Shown: piece after piece, positions 1 to 12,732 of the stretch | Numbering within the stretch: position 1 is the stretch's first letter | Layout: the number at the start of each line of letters is the position of its first letter | Source: Octopus bimaculoides | Taxonomy: Eukaryota | Assembly (NCBI RefSeq): GCF_001194135.2 | Contig: NC_068998.1 | Coordinates: 44,282,340 to 44,346,339 of the forward strand | Reading direction: 5' to 3' | Length of the DNA stretch: 64,000 nt | Translations under genes and position numbers: made by a program | Notes under the pieces: model-generated | The model's database searches: none | Seen by the model: the letters and a program-made list of their open reading frames with translations, nothing else | What the model was told of the DNA's origin: nothing

Positions 1-44
1 TATATATATATATATATACATAAATACTTAAAACATATATAAAT

Positions 45-98
<54 letters not shown>

Positions 99-426
99 GA
101 GGCATTCACATGAACGTGCGCACAAATATTTAAACAGACACACTCATATCAGTTGAAAATTAATCCCACATCTTTTGTATTTCAGTAAAGATTATGATGA
201 TGATGATGATGATGCTGTTTTTTTCTTTTCTTTCTGTTAACACCCACCTCAACATTTACTGGCTTCTACTTTGGATTAAATATATTTTGTTATGACTTCT
301 TATCTCCTCTCTTGTATGACCACAAGCTAACGAGAAACGTCTTTGTGTCCAATCTACCTTCAAAAATAGAAGCTGAATTTTTTTTTACTCTGTCAGCTTA
401 CACCCTACTGTTTGAAATTGATTGGC

Positions 427-650
427 TTAACCCAATGGTTTTCAGATTAGTCTGTCAAATATAATGCTTATTCATTCACTTTGTTCTGAATTAATCATAC
501 GTTATCTCATAGCTTTGAGATTGCGGTGACATGACTATTTATTTTTAGAATGACATTGTAGGGTAGGTGTGAGAAGCCAGATTTGGGCAGTTTCAACATG
601 AAACACGTAGAATGTTTGGGCTGGATATGGTTGGTTTAACCCCTTACCAA
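427..650. mobile_element. TTAA-flanked piggyBac-like MITE, family M1 (degenerate copy)
   Basis: Starts TTAACCC; body (ttcagatta..tgtcaaat..aatgcttatt..gaattaatcat..agctttgagatt..tagaatgacattgtagggtaggtgtgaga) matches the copies at 22291 and 36641. Confidence 0.7.
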
Positions 651-971
651 ACAGATTACGCTGCCTGGATTTAAACAGTAATAACAACAACAACATTTAT
701 AGTGAATAGATGGCAAAGGTCAGTGCTAGAAACAACAAGAATCCTGTTGAACTAATGAAGAAGTTTTTATATGTTCACTTGACCTGCCAGAAATAGCAAC
801 TAAATTGCTCTTAAATTACACTATATTGTCCTAATTAAAGGAAGACCACATTTGATAATGTAAGCTTCAATATATAAAAAGACAAGATAATTATCATTTG
901 TATGTCTTTCATCATAATTAGGTCTTGTGTATCAATGTTGACCTTAGGTTAATCAGCAACAACGAAATGAA

Positions 972-1162
972 ATGCTTATTCATTCACACTGGTTTGAATT
1001 AATCATACATTATCTCGTAGCTTTGAGATTTCGATGATGCATTTGTTTACTTTAGAATGACATTACATGATAGTTGTGAAAGGCTTGATCCGGTCAGTTG
1101 GAACACAAAACAAGTAGAATATTTGGGTCTGATATGGTCAGTTTGAATGCTAAAAGGTTTAA
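972..1162. mobile_element. MITE family M1, left-truncated copy
   Basis: Same body as 22291-22517; ends aatgctaaaaggtttaa (degenerate right TIR + TTAA). Confidence 0.7.
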
Positions 1163-1406
1163 GATCAGAGAGAGTGTTAAGTTAAAAGACAGCAAGATAT
1201 GATCCATGGTTGGATAATCCTTTACCATCGATCTAGTCAGTCAGTGTTAACTTAAGTATGACAAAACGATAACAGCAACTATATGACTAAGAACCAGTGC
1301 AAAAAATCTTTCTAGTTGCAATATAACCGACTTACTACCCCACCCCAAATTCCATGTGCCTATTATAAAAGGATTATACAGTACAAACACATACAACACA
1401 CACACA

Positions 1407-1590
1407 CACATTGCTCCAGTTCACTCAGCTGACAAACCAGCCTTGTCACATTTGGTGTCGTGCTCAACTACCCTTAGAAGTATGCTAAAAGTACGTGTGT
1501 CTGTGGAGCACTCAGCCACTTGTATGTTAATTTCGTGAGTAGGCTGATCCATTGATCAGATCAACTATAACAGTCATCATCATAACCGTT
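1407..1590 (+). mobile_element. SINE group F, 3' part
   Basis: ttgctccagttcactcagctg..cagccttgtcaca..gtctgtggagcactcagccacttg..gatcagatcaact matches the reverse complement of the copies at 37405 and 51283. Confidence 0.7.
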
Positions 1591-1638
1591 GTAGTACCGG
1601 TTTTAAATACATAATGCTTACTACTACAGAAACATATA

Positions 1639-1680
<42 letters not shown>

Positions 1681-2164
1681 CTTGCATGCATGCAAAGTTT
1701 ATATCTACTGCACAATGTTGAAATCATTGCTTGTCTTTAAATCAGTGTGTATATCTACATAATGTTCACACACTCACACACCTATAAACTAACACACACA
1801 CACTCACACAGATGTCTTTATGTTTTTAATAATGGCCAAAGATTATCCTTTATTGAAACCTGCTGTGTCTATCTATCATCAGACACACGATGGCATGTGT
1901 CGCAGTGAATACTTTTAGAGAATATATTTTTATTTTCATACTTCTTAAAATCACATTTATTGTCACTCATTTTTTTCACCTTCAATCTATATATTGCAGA
2001 GTGCATTCTTAAACAAGATACAAATATTTACATCATGAAAGAATACTAAGAGCCATTAAAAAAAAAATCGTGTATATTCTTCCATTCACTTTTATTACTG
2101 ATAGAATATTATTAAGTAAAAGAACCACAGAAAATGGTAATAATCTTTTTGTTTTTTAATCTTT

Positions 2165-2517
2165 CTTTTTACTTGTTCCAGTCGTTAGACTGCAGCCATG
2201 CTGGGCACCGCCTTGAAGAATTTTAGTCGAAGTCCAGTACTTGTTTACTATTTTACTTGTTTCAGTCATTTGACTGTGGCCATGCTGGAGCACTGCCTTT
2301 AGTCGAGCAAATCGACCCCGGGACTTATTCTTTGTAAGCCTAGTACTTATTCTATCGGTCTCTTTTGCCGAACCGCTAAGTTACGGGGGACGTAAACACA
2401 CCAGCATCGGTTGTCAAGCGATGTTGGGGGGACAAACACAGACACACAAACATATACACATGCATACATATATACGACGGGCTTCTTTCAGTTTCCGTCT
2501 ACCAAATCACCATCGGA
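2165..2517 (-). mobile_element. SINE group A, 5'-truncated, with an extra partial 3' tail
   Basis: tttacttgtttcagtcatttgactgtggccatgctggagcac..ccgctaagttacggggacgtaaacacacc..gggcttctttcagtttccgtctaccaaat is the reverse complement of the 6899-7326 copy; a second partial tail lies at about 2165-2240. Confidence 0.85.
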
Positions 2518-3905
2518 ACCAAAAACTTCAAAGCCACCAGAAGAGAAAAGGAAGAAAGGCTCCACAAAATTAACTTCATCCTCCACCAGCATTACCATGC
2601 AGTCAATGTCATTGAATCTTCCATGCAAGAACTGGTCTACAGAGTCATCAACGCCATCGCCATAATGGAAGTGATCTCAAAGAAGAAATAAATGCTTGGA
2701 TATGAAATAAAGCTACCCACTGCTGCCAGTGTGTCCATAGTGAAGAAACTTGATTTCTTGCTGACTCAGTATTCCAGGCTATAAATAAGTTCCATGTCAT
2801 CACACAGTTTACACCTGTGAATGATTTGTTAAATCTAGTGTTAAATTCAAATTCTTCTGTGGTGATAAATTGGAAATTAAATCTTCCGCAGTTGTTGCAG
2901 CAAATAACTATTTCATGTCTACATTTGATGAGAAACGTTTGAGTAATTGGCTAATCTTCTTTTTTTTTTATATCACATTTGCATAAACATGAATGATTCA
3001 TAACAATGGTATCTATGCCAATGAATATTTATATCAATTATGTAAATAATATTTATGACGATAATGTTAAAACAGTTTCAATTTGTTTCAAAACTTTGTA
3101 AATGCAATTATATATCAATGTTGTTGCGTAAATTTGCCATTCCCTCCAATTATAATACAAAAGCAGATCTCCAGACCTTAACCAGGTCATTTGACATGCT
3201 AGAAAAGCAGTTAGATTTCTTTCAAATTACAACTACTGCTTTCAGAGAAAAGATACATGGTATAATGTAGTCTTAACTAGACTGTTTGAAACCAAGACGG
3301 GATAAAGAGCCAATGAAAGAACCTTGACATGGTCAAGTAACCTGCTAGAAATAGCAGCGAATGTCCCACACATTATATCTTAGCTGTCTTACTGAAAAGA
3401 GACACATTGCAGTATATGTAGTCACCCATATAGAAAAGGACAAGATGGTCATTGCTAGAATGCTTTTGATCATATATGGGTTGCCTTGGAGGCTAGTGAT
3501 TGACCATAGACCTTTTCAATGAGGGGCTGATATTAGTACAAAGAACAACACCAATGAGGGATAGATGCAGCTGGAATGCTTCTGATCATCAGTCTACCTA
3601 GGGTTACCCTTGTGGTTTGCAATGATATAAGTAAATAATTTTTGCTGAGATATAGAGCAAGTATTTAAACCCTTTTATACTTTTGTGAGGTTACTTCTGA
3701 GTTTTAGTTAGATATTTAGCTCCTACATTAAGGTACATAGTCAACCATAAGTGGATCCTGTGTGCAGCCACTCAAACTGCAGGAAAAAGCACCCAAATTT
3801 CCTTCAAATTACATGCTTCTAGATTAATAAATGACATGCCTGAGATAAAAAAAAATATGGACAAGATAGTCAAGACTGAAAACATATTTGAATTTAAAAG
3901 ATATA

Positions 3906-4117
3906 CAGGGTGTCCACAAAGTCTGGGTACATGGGGATTAACACATACTTTAAGAAATTATTATTTCTTATATCTAATTGTTTATGTTATGATTTTATTT
4001 ACTCCATGTACCCACATGGGGATTAACACATACTTTAAGAAATTATTATTTCTTTTATCTAATTGTTTATGTTATGATTTTATTTACTCCATGTACCCAG
4101 ACTTTGTGGACACCCTG
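3906..4117. mobile_element. Tc1/mariner-type MITE with internal tandem duplication
   Basis: Perfect TIRs CAGGGTGTCCACAAAGTCTGGGTACATGG / CCATGTACCCAGACTTTGTGGACACCCTG, TA on both sides; the interior is two ~85-bp direct repeats. Confidence 0.9.
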
Positions 4118-4218
4118 TATATCAGCAACAGAGGCAATATTAGTACCAAGAAATAATATTCATCTCCACTTAAACATGGATGTTCTGTTGGAACAAACTA
4201 TACTGCAATAGTTACCAT

Positions 4219-4408
4219 GAGGGAAACTCTCAGAGGGAAATTCTCAGAGGGAAACTCTCAGAGGGAAACTCTCAGAGGGAAACTCTCAGAGGGAAACTCT
4301 CAGAGGGAAACTCTCAGAGGGAAACTCTCAGAGGGAAACTCTCAGAGGGAAACTCTCAGAGGGAAACTCTCAGAGGGAAACTCTCAGAGGGAAACTCTCA
4401 GAGGGAAA
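4219..4408 (+). repeat. 14-bp minisatellite (GAGGGAAACTCTCA)n, about 13.5 copies
   Basis: Read directly; nearly homogeneous, one GAGGGAAATTCTCA variant. Confidence 0.97.
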
Positions 4409-4672
4409 AGCCAATATGAGAGTTCCTCACATGATAACTACCACAGTATAGTTTGTTCCAACATAACATACACGTTTAAGTGGAGATGAATATTTGAGCT
4501 TAGTTCTTCTTGAACAAGGTGGACTTGGGGCTAAACAACGACAAAGGGTGAGACTATGAAGAGGCTTTCCCCTACTCTGGACACTACACAAATAATGAGA
4601 AAGGCATTTAAATTGTTAAGAGGGTGCCAGATACGAATTGAAGGAATTTGGTGGACAGGTACATCCCTTAGA

Positions 4673-4750
4673 CCAGTGTTTCTAAACCTTTTTTCCTTTA
4701 TGTAACCCTTTACGTAAAATAAATTACATATCTCAAGGAACCCCTGCACA
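4673..4750 (+). mobile_element. hAT/Charlie-like MITE left end (possible right part near 5630-5690)
   Basis: CAGTGTTTCTAAACCTTTTT start and a ggaacccc motif typical of hAT-Charlie MITEs; the other end is not cleanly identified. Confidence 0.4.
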
Positions 4751-4874
4751 AAAAAAATTTACATATATCTTTCTCGTATTTTTTTCATCATAATTCACAT
4801 GGTAAATATCATATGTATATGGTTGTTATATTTTATATACATGGTTGTTATATATATATATATATATATATATA

Positions 4875-5102
4875 TCATCATCATCATCATCATCGTTTAA
4901 CGTCCGCTTTCCATGCTAGCATGGGTTGGACGACTTGACTGAGGACTGGTGAAACCGGATGGCAACACCAGGCTCCAATCTAAATTTGGCAGAGTTTCTA
5001 CAGCTGGATGCCCTTCCTAACGCCAACCACTCAGAGAGTGTAGTAGGTGCTTTTACGTGTCACCTGCACAAAGGCCAGTCAGGCGATACTGGCAACGGCC
5101 AC
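4875..5102 (-). mobile_element. SINE-like group C, young copy running into a gap
   Basis: (CAT)n tail then cgtttaacgtccgctttccatgctagcatgggttggacg..ctacagctggatgcccttcctaacgccaaccac; nearly identical to 38540-38731. The AGGAAGGGCATCCAGCTGTAGAAA core resembles the V-SINE domain (from memory). Confidence 0.85.
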
Positions 5103-5719
5103 NNNNNNNNNNNNNNNNNNNNNNNNNNNNNNNNNNNNNNNNNNNNNNNNNNNNNNNNNNNNNNNNNNNNNNNNNNNNNNNNNNNNNNNNNNNNNNNNNN
5201 NNNNNNNNNNNNNNNNNNNNNNNNNNNNNNNNNNNNNNNNNNNNNNNNNNNNNNNNNNNNNNNNNNNNNNNNNNNNNNNNNNNNNNNNNNNNNNNNNNNN
5301 NNNNNNNNNNNNNNNNNNNNNNNNNNNNNNNNNNNNNNNNNNNNNNNNNNNNNNNNNNNNNNNNNNNNNNNNNNNNNNNNNNNNNNNNNNNNNNNNNNNN
5401 NNNNNNNNNNNNNNNNNNNNNNNNNNNNNNNNNNNNNNNNNNNNNNNNNNNNNNNNNNNNNNNNNNNNNNNTATATATATATATATATTTATATGTGGTT
5501 GTTATACTTTTTCAATAACATAATAGGTTAGATAAGATGATGTCTATATTACAACATTACAGTAACCAATGATATGTTGTGCATGTATAGTAATATTACA
5601 ATCATGAAATTAGCATTAGCTTATCTCACTCTTTCTCATGGAACCCCTAGGAACCTTTTGCGAAACCCCAATTTAGAGATTCTGCCTAATCAGTCATCTT
5701 TCCTCTGTATTTATTGTAA

Positions 5720-5942
5720 TATTGGTTTCAAATTTTGGTACAAGGTCAGCAATTTCAGGGGCAGAGTGCTAAGTCAATTACATCGATCCGAGTGTTTAAC
5801 TGGTTTTTATTTTATTGACCTGTGAAAGGATGAAAGGCAAAGTCGACTATAGTAGAATTTGAACTCAGAATGTAAGAACAGAGAAAATGCCACTGAGCAT
5901 TTTGCCTGGTGTGCTAACGATTCTGCCAGCTCGCTTGCCTTA
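5720..5942 (-). mobile_element. SINE group B
   Basis: aaaggatgaaaggcaaagtcgac..gaatttgaactcagaatgtaa..gagcattttgcctggtgtgctaacgattctgccagctcgc is the reverse complement of the group B head and core. Confidence 0.8.
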
Positions 5943-6898
5943 TGTAGTTATTGTAATATTGAATGAAGGGATGTGAATAACAAAAGATAAAACTAGTTAA
6001 ACTGGATGATGGCGAGACAGATAGATACATAGATATATGCATATGCACACACCAACACACACACACACACATGCACACACACACACAAAGAGTAGAATTA
6101 TCAGATTACCAATATCTGAATAGGTTTCTCTTTGAGGGTTAAAAAAAAAAAAATGAAATAAAACGGATTTCATTAGAGCTGGGGTAATGTTTCACTGCAG
6201 CCATCTCACTCTTCTTCTACTCCCACTCTCCCTCATTCTCTGTTTTTTTGGTTTTTTTAATTCTTGGTTGCAGTGACAGGTGTGAGGTTTGGGTGAGTGA
6301 CTTCAGAAGGAAAAGAATATAATAAATGATATTTCAACTAAATAAAGGGAAAATACAATCTTAGATTAAATGAATGAATTACAGTGAAGAGTTAAGGAAT
6401 AGTGAAGAGGTGGGAAAAGGAATTAGATTGTAGCTTATAAGACACTTGGAATTGCTTCAGGGAGAGGAGGAGGAGGTGGAGGAAAGAGGGGAAAAATGCC
6501 CTGCACACCCTTCTCTATCAGCCCCAGGGCACTCTTTCTTCTCTCATCCCACCGAAACATTGCCAAGTTATTTACAGGTGGAAAATTCTCATTATTCTTA
6601 ACTAAGAGAGAGAGAGAGAGAGAGAGGCAGAGACAGAGAGACACGAAGACACAGAGCGCTACAGAGAAACACATAGTCATAGGACGAGAGAGAAAGATTG
6701 ATACAGAGCTTTAGTAAAAGAGATAGGATTCTGCATTAGAGAGAATGAAAAACAGAGAAAGCTAAAAAAAAATTATAAATTAGGTCCAAAATATGTAAAA
6801 ATAAAATCCATGTGTCCTCCATTCTAAACACTGGTTTTCTTCAAATGAACATGGCTTTAAAAGATACATCATCATCTAACTTCATCATCATCATTTAT

Positions 6899-7326
6899 AG
6901 GTGCAGGAGTGGCTGTGTGGTAAGTAGCTTGCTTACCAACCACATGGTCCTGGGTTCAGTCCCACTGCGTGGCACCTTGGGCAAGTGTCTTCTACTATAG
7001 CCTCGGGCCGACCAAAGCCTTGTGAGTGGATTTCGTTGACAGAAACTGAAAGAAGACCGTCGTATATATGTATGTATATATATATATATATGTATGTATG
7101 TGTGTGTATATGTATGTGTGTCTGTGTTTGTCCACCCCCCTCCCAACATCGTTTCACAACCGATGTTGGTGTGTTTACGTCCCTGTAACTTAGCAGTTCG
7201 GCAAAAAGAGACCGATAGAATAACTACTAGGTTTACAACGAATAAGTCCTGGGGTTGATTTTCTCGACTAAAGGCGGTGTTCCAGCATGGCCACAATCAA
7301 ATGACTGAAACAAGTAAAAGAGTAAG
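6899..7326 (+). mobile_element. SINE group A, full length, tRNA-like head
   Basis: A-box-like TGGCTGTGTGG and B-box-like GGTTCAGTCCC, ccttgggcaagtg core, internal (TA)/(TG) linker, tail gcatggccacaatcaaatgactgaaacaagtaaaagag. Confidence 0.9.
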
Positions 7327-7490
7327 GAGAGTTTCCATGTTGGTCTGGGTTAGGTGGTTTGACTGAAACTGGTAACGTGGAGAACTGCACCAGGTTCCCG
7401 TTCAGTCATGCAGTTGATGAAATTAACTTAGCTCCTTCCCCACGGAACATGATAGCTTGTGCCAAAATTTAAAACCAGTATTCAGTTACC

Positions 7491-7721
7491 TTAACTCTTT
7501 TGATACCAACCCAGCGGAAACCGCTTCTGGATCTGTAGTACAAATGTCTTGTTTTCATAAGTTTTGTATTAAAATCTTCCACCAAACCTTAGTCACAGTT
7601 TTATGTTCCTAACATTAGCTGAATGATAACCAAGTTATTTTACTAAATTCTTTGTTATATTTAAAATTAATTCAAAGAAGCACAGGGCATCTCAAAATAA
7701 ATATGGTAATGAAAGGGTTAA
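7491..7721. mobile_element. TTAA-flanked piggyBac-like MITE, family M2
   Basis: TTAACTCTTTTGATACCAAC..GAAAGGGTTAA; body is the reverse complement of 44265-44494. Confidence 0.85.
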
Positions 7722-9104
7722 ACGGTAACAGAGGGAAAGAAATAGGTGTCTTAGAAGTTGCTTGGCTACTTCTGTAGGAAAAGAAGGATATAGAGAAAGA
7801 TGAGCAGACAGAGTTAGAGAGAGAGAGAGTGAGAGAACGATGAGTTGTGGGGGGGCTTAATCACATGGTACTGTGAGATACATAGAAGTAATACAGCCAA
7901 CTGGACAGAGTGAATGGATTAGGGTAGACATGAGAAGGCATTGGAAGTGAATGAGAGTGGAGGGGGCATGCATCAGGTAGTGAGCATGAGAGGGAGAAGA
8001 GGGATTTGGGGAAGATGAGCTCTGGAGGAGTTTTGATGGGGCTGAGCAGATTGTGTGAAGGCATTGAGATAAAGAACATGACTATATGTTAGTATGTAAT
8101 ACGTTTATATACATAACATTATATATATATATATATNNNNNNNNNNNNNNNNNNNNNNNNNNNNNNNNNNNNNNNNNNNNNNNNNNNNNNNNNNNNNNNN
8201 NNNNNNNNNNNNNNNNNNNNNNNNNNNNNNNNNNNNNNNNNNNNNNNNNNNNNNNNNNNNNNNNNNNNNNNNNNNNNNNNNNNNNNNNNNNNNNNNNNNN
8301 NNNNNNNNNNNNNNNNNNNNNNNNNNNNNNNNNNNNNNNNNNNNNNNNNNNNNNNNNNNNNNNNNNNNNNNNNNNNNNNNNNNNNNNNNNNNNNNNNNNN
8401 NNNNNNNNNNNNNNNNNNNNNNNNNNNNNNNNNNNNNNNNNNNNNNNNNNNNNNNNNNNNNNNNNNNNNNNNNNNNNNNNNNNNNNNNNNNNNNNNNNNN
8501 NNNNNNNNNNNNNNNNNNNNNNNNNNNNNNNNNNNNNNNNNNNNNNNNNNNNNNNNNNNNNNNNNNNNNNNNNNNNNNNNNNNNNNNNNNNNNNNNNNNN
8601 NNNNNNNNNNNNNNNNNNNNNNNNNNNNNNNNNNNNNNNNNNNNNNNNNNNNNNNNNNNNNNNNNNNNNNNNNNNNNNNNNNNNNNNNNNNNNNNNNNNN
8701 NNNNNNNNNNNNNNNNNNNNNNNNNNNNNNNNNNNNNNNNNNNNNNNNNNNNNNNNNNNNNNNNNNNNNNNNNNNNNNNNNNNNNNNNNNNNNNNNNNNN
8801 NNNNNNNNNNNNNNNNNNNNNNNNNNNNNNNNNNNNNNNNNNNNNNNNNNNNNNNNNNNNNNNNNNNNNNNNNNNNNNNNNNNNNNNNNNNNNNNNNNNN
8901 NNNNNNNNNNNNNNNNNNNNNNNNNNNNNNNNNNNNNNNNNNNNNNNNNNNNNNNNNNNNNNNNNNNNNNNNNNNNNNNNNNNNGGGGGGGGGGTTATGG
9001 AGGGATAGAAGCAATGATGGAAAGTCTGTATCGGTTCATAATGATGTTGATTGGTGATCATGCAGAGGAGCAGGAGGAGGACTTCTGTAGAAATGAATGT
9101 AACA

Positions 9105-9123
9105 ACAACAACGATGATGATGG

Positions 9124-9157
<34 letters not shown>

Positions 9158-9520
9158 AAAAGGGAATAGAAGAAGGAGCGATGCTGTGATGATGATGATG
9201 ACGACGACGATGATGATGATGATGATGATGACGATAACGATGATGATAGTAAATAAGTAACCGTAGATGGAGAATAAATTAAAATGGCTATGTCAGTAAT
9301 TATGGTGCTGCTGTTGCTGCTGCTGATGGTGGTGGTGATGATGATGGTGATGATGATGATGATGGCGGGGATGAAAATGTCAATGCTTGTTACAGCAACA
9401 ATGATGACAAAGATGATGATGATGATGATGGTGAAGATGATGACGATGTTGATGATGGTGATGATGATGGTGATGATGATGATGATGATGATGATGATGA
9501 CAAAGCCAACAATGGCTACG
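9105..9520 (+). repeat. Long degenerate (GAT)n microsatellite
   Basis: Read directly; explains the poly-Met and poly-His ORFs. Confidence 0.95.
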
Positions 9521-10349
9521 ACTGAAACTAGTAGAATATCTAAGTAAGTGGAGAAGCTTCACTTGTCTCCAGAGAATATCTCTCCGCTCTGATTCATCAC
9601 CAGAACTGCTTTTTGCCATTGAAAAAGTCTTTTGTCACCTTGTAAGACAGCTCAACATTGTCTTTAACATTCACTAAATACACATGCACGCACACATATA
9701 GTTTGTGTCTATACACATATAACTATATATTACACACAAACATATATATACGCTCACTCTGATGTATACATATTTATATATATATATATNNNNNNNNNNN
9801 NNNNNNNNNNNNNNNNNNNNNNNNNNNNNNNNNNNNNNNNNNNNNNNNNNNNNNNNNNNNNNNNNNNNNNNNNNNNNNNNNNNNNNNNNNNNNNNNNNNN
9901 NNNNNNNNNNNNNNNNNNNNNNNNNNNNNNNNNNNNNNNNNNNNNNNNNNNNNNNNNNNNNNNNNNNNNNNNNNNNNNNNNNNNNNNNNNNNNNNNNNNN
10001 NNNNNNNNNNNNNNNNNNNNNNNNNNNNNNNNNNNNNNNNNNNNNNNNNNNNNNNNNNNNNNNNNNNNNNNNNNNNNNNNNNNNNNNNNNNNNNNNNNNN
10101 NNNNNNNNNNNNNNNNNNNNNNNNNNNNNNNNNNNNNNNNNNNNNNNNNNNNNNNNNNNNNNNNNNNNNNNNNNNNNNNNNNNNNNNNNNNNNNNNNNNN
10201 NNNNNNNNNNNNNNNNNNNNNNNNNNNNNNNNNNNNNNNNNNNNNNNNNNNNNNNNNNNNNNNNNNNNNNNNNNNNNNNNNNNNNNNNNNNNNNNNNNNN
10301 NNNNNNNNNNNNNNNNNNNNNNNNNNNNNNNNNNNNNNNNNNNNNNNCA

Positions 10350-10391
<42 letters not shown>

Positions 10392-10443
10392 TATGTATAT
10401 ATACATATGTATGTATATACATTTTTACATGCTTGCAAGCACA

Positions 10444-10493
<50 letters not shown>

Positions 10494-11777
10494 TGCACAG
10501 ACATAAATATACACACACATGCACAGACATATATATATAGACACAAATGCACAGACATATATATACACACACATGCACGTGCTCAGGAATTTACATATAC
10601 ACACGCATTTATATTTGTGATTTTCATTGTTGAACCAGGACCACCCCCGCCACCCACGTCACCACCCATGCCACCACCCATGCCACCTCCCCCCCACCTG
10701 ACTTCGATTCATATCATATTGATTTCTGTTTTTATCCTTCATCTTTTCTTGCGTCCCCTCCTCCTCCTCCTCCTCCTCCACCCACCCCCTGTTCTCCCTC
10801 TTCCCACCACTCAGCACATTACCAGTTTACATTTTCTCATTCACTAAACCAAATAGATTTCTTTTATATCGAATCCACTTTAGAGTATGGCAGCTGTGGA
10901 GGTGGTCATGGTGGGGAGGAGATATTGTTGGAGGTGTTGGCATCGGCGGACGCGATAATGTTGGTAGCAATAGTGACAGTCTTAATGGTCATTGTGTTGA
11001 TGTTGTTCACAATAGTAGCAGAGATGATGGTCATCCCAATAATAACCATAATGGCTGTAGTGATGGTCACATTGTTGTGGTGATGATGATGATAATAGTA
11101 GTCATAGTGAAATTCTTAATAGTCATAGTAATGTTGATAGTCATAGTCGTAATGGTAGCGGTGTTACTCTTATTGTTAGTAGTAAAGGAATTATTTGGAA
11201 AACCAGCAATGCATACCCAACACTTTAAATTAGACATCCACTACTGATTGTCTAACTCACTTCGGTCTTTAAACCGATTCCTCTGATTCCCTTCCTGTGT
11301 TATGAGACAGCAAGTTACTGAGAAAATAATAATAATAATTAATCCTTTTGATATCATTCTACAAAACATGGTCTCTGCTTCACTGGTACAAACTGCATCA
11401 TGTTAAAGTATTCATAATTTCATTACAGCCTTATCTCATAATCTTAATTGCGGATATTTTACAAAGTTATGTTCCAAACACCAGCTTGATAATAGACAAA
11501 ATTATTGCAATTGTCAACAGATGATATGCTATCATATATTATTCATATAAAATATTTTTTTTAGCTTAAATTGTTTTAAAAACTTTATAATTCTGAGGAG
11601 AGGCGGAAAGAACAGAGATGAAATTATCTGAGAGACACAACAAAAATACAAGATTCATTTGAATGACTTGTTCGTATTTTCTCATTTTTATTCATCTATT
11701 CCACTTATGCATTAAAACTAAGTAGCAGGTAACCCCACAAAATAACTCAATCTGCTTCAGATAGTAGGTACTATTTT

Positions 11778-12180
11778 ACTCTTTTTACTTGTTTCAGTCT
11801 TTGACTGTGGCCATGCTGGAGCACTACCTTTAGTCGAGCAAATCGACCCCAGGACTTATTCGTTGTAAGCCTAGTACTTATTGTATCAGTCTCTTTTGCC
11901 GAACCGCTAAGTTACAGGGACGTAAACACACCAGCATCAGTTGTCAAGCGATGTTGGTGGGGACATACACAGAAACACAAACATATACACACACATGTAT
12001 ATATACATATATATACGACGGGCTTCTTTCAGTTTCCATCTACCAAATCCACTGACAAGGCTTTTGGTTAGCTTGAGGCTATAGTAGAAGACACTTGCCC
12101 AAGGTGCCACACAGTGGGAATGAACCTGGAACCATGTGGTTGGTAAGTAAGCCACTTACCACACAGCCACTCCAGCGCCT
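11778..12180 (-). mobile_element. SINE group A, full length, with target-site duplication
   Basis: Reverse complement of 6899-7326; flanked by taggtactatttt (11765-11777) and taggtacaatttt (12180-12192). Confidence 0.92.
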
Positions 12181-12289
12181 AGGTACAATTTTTTCAAATA
12201 ACAACACCCTACCATCTTATGAAAAAGGAAGGTTGCTTTGGATAATGTGTAGTACATAATGTATCTAATATATTATATATATTTCAAAG

Positions 12290-12492
12290 CTTCGGACAAG
12301 GTCAGCTATTTCAGGGAAGGGTTAAGTCAATATCATCGACCCCAGTGTTCAACTGGTATTTATTTTATCAGCTCCAAAAGGACGAAGAGAAAGCTGACCT
12401 CAATCAAATTTGAACCCAGAACACAAAGATGGGCAAAATGCCTCTAAGCATTTTGCTCAGCACTCTTCTGATTCTGCTGGCTTGCTGCCTTT
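12290..12492 (-). mobile_element. SINE group B, degenerate
   Basis: atcgaccccagtgttcaactggtattt..aaatttgaacccagaac..ctaagcattttgctcagcac..gattctgctggcttgctgcctt. Confidence 0.75.
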
Positions 12493-12516
12493 ATCTAATA
12501 TACTATGTAGGAACCA

Positions 12517-12732
12517 AGGCAGTGAGTTAGCAGAAACATTAGCACGCCAGGCAAATTGCTTAGTAGTATTTCATCTGTCTTTACGTTCTGAGTTCAAATT
12601 CCACCAAAGTCAACTTTGCTTTTTATCCTTTCAGGGTTGATAAATTAAGTACCAGTTGTGTACTGGATTTGATCTAATCAACTGGCCCACCCCTCCCCAA
12701 AAATTTTGAGCCTTGTACCTAGAGTAGAAAAG
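12517..12732 (+). mobile_element. SINE group B with ~20-bp target-site duplication
   Basis: Head (a)aggcagtgagttagcagaa..gttctgagttcaaattcc..; flanked by aatatactatgtaggaacca (12497-12516) and aatatactatataggaacca (12733-12752). Confidence 0.88.

Noticed and set aside
2518-2830. Open-looking frame KNFKATRREKEERLHKINFILHQHYHAV..
   Set aside because: No splice context or recognisable domain; part resembles a repeat fragment also seen near 61510, so it is probably decayed repeat.
4219-4408. Possible CRISPR-like array
   Set aside because: Units are head-to-tail with no spacers, and the sequence is eukaryotic.
4180-4489. Repetitive ORFs EGNSQRETLRGKLS..
   Set aside because: A by-product of a stop-free 14-bp minisatellite; no other coding evidence.
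10637-10810. Poly-proline stretch (PPPPTSPPMPPPMPPPP), formin- or WASP-like
   Set aside because: Embedded in CCA/CCT low-complexity sequence, with no convincing splice sites or adjacent domain.
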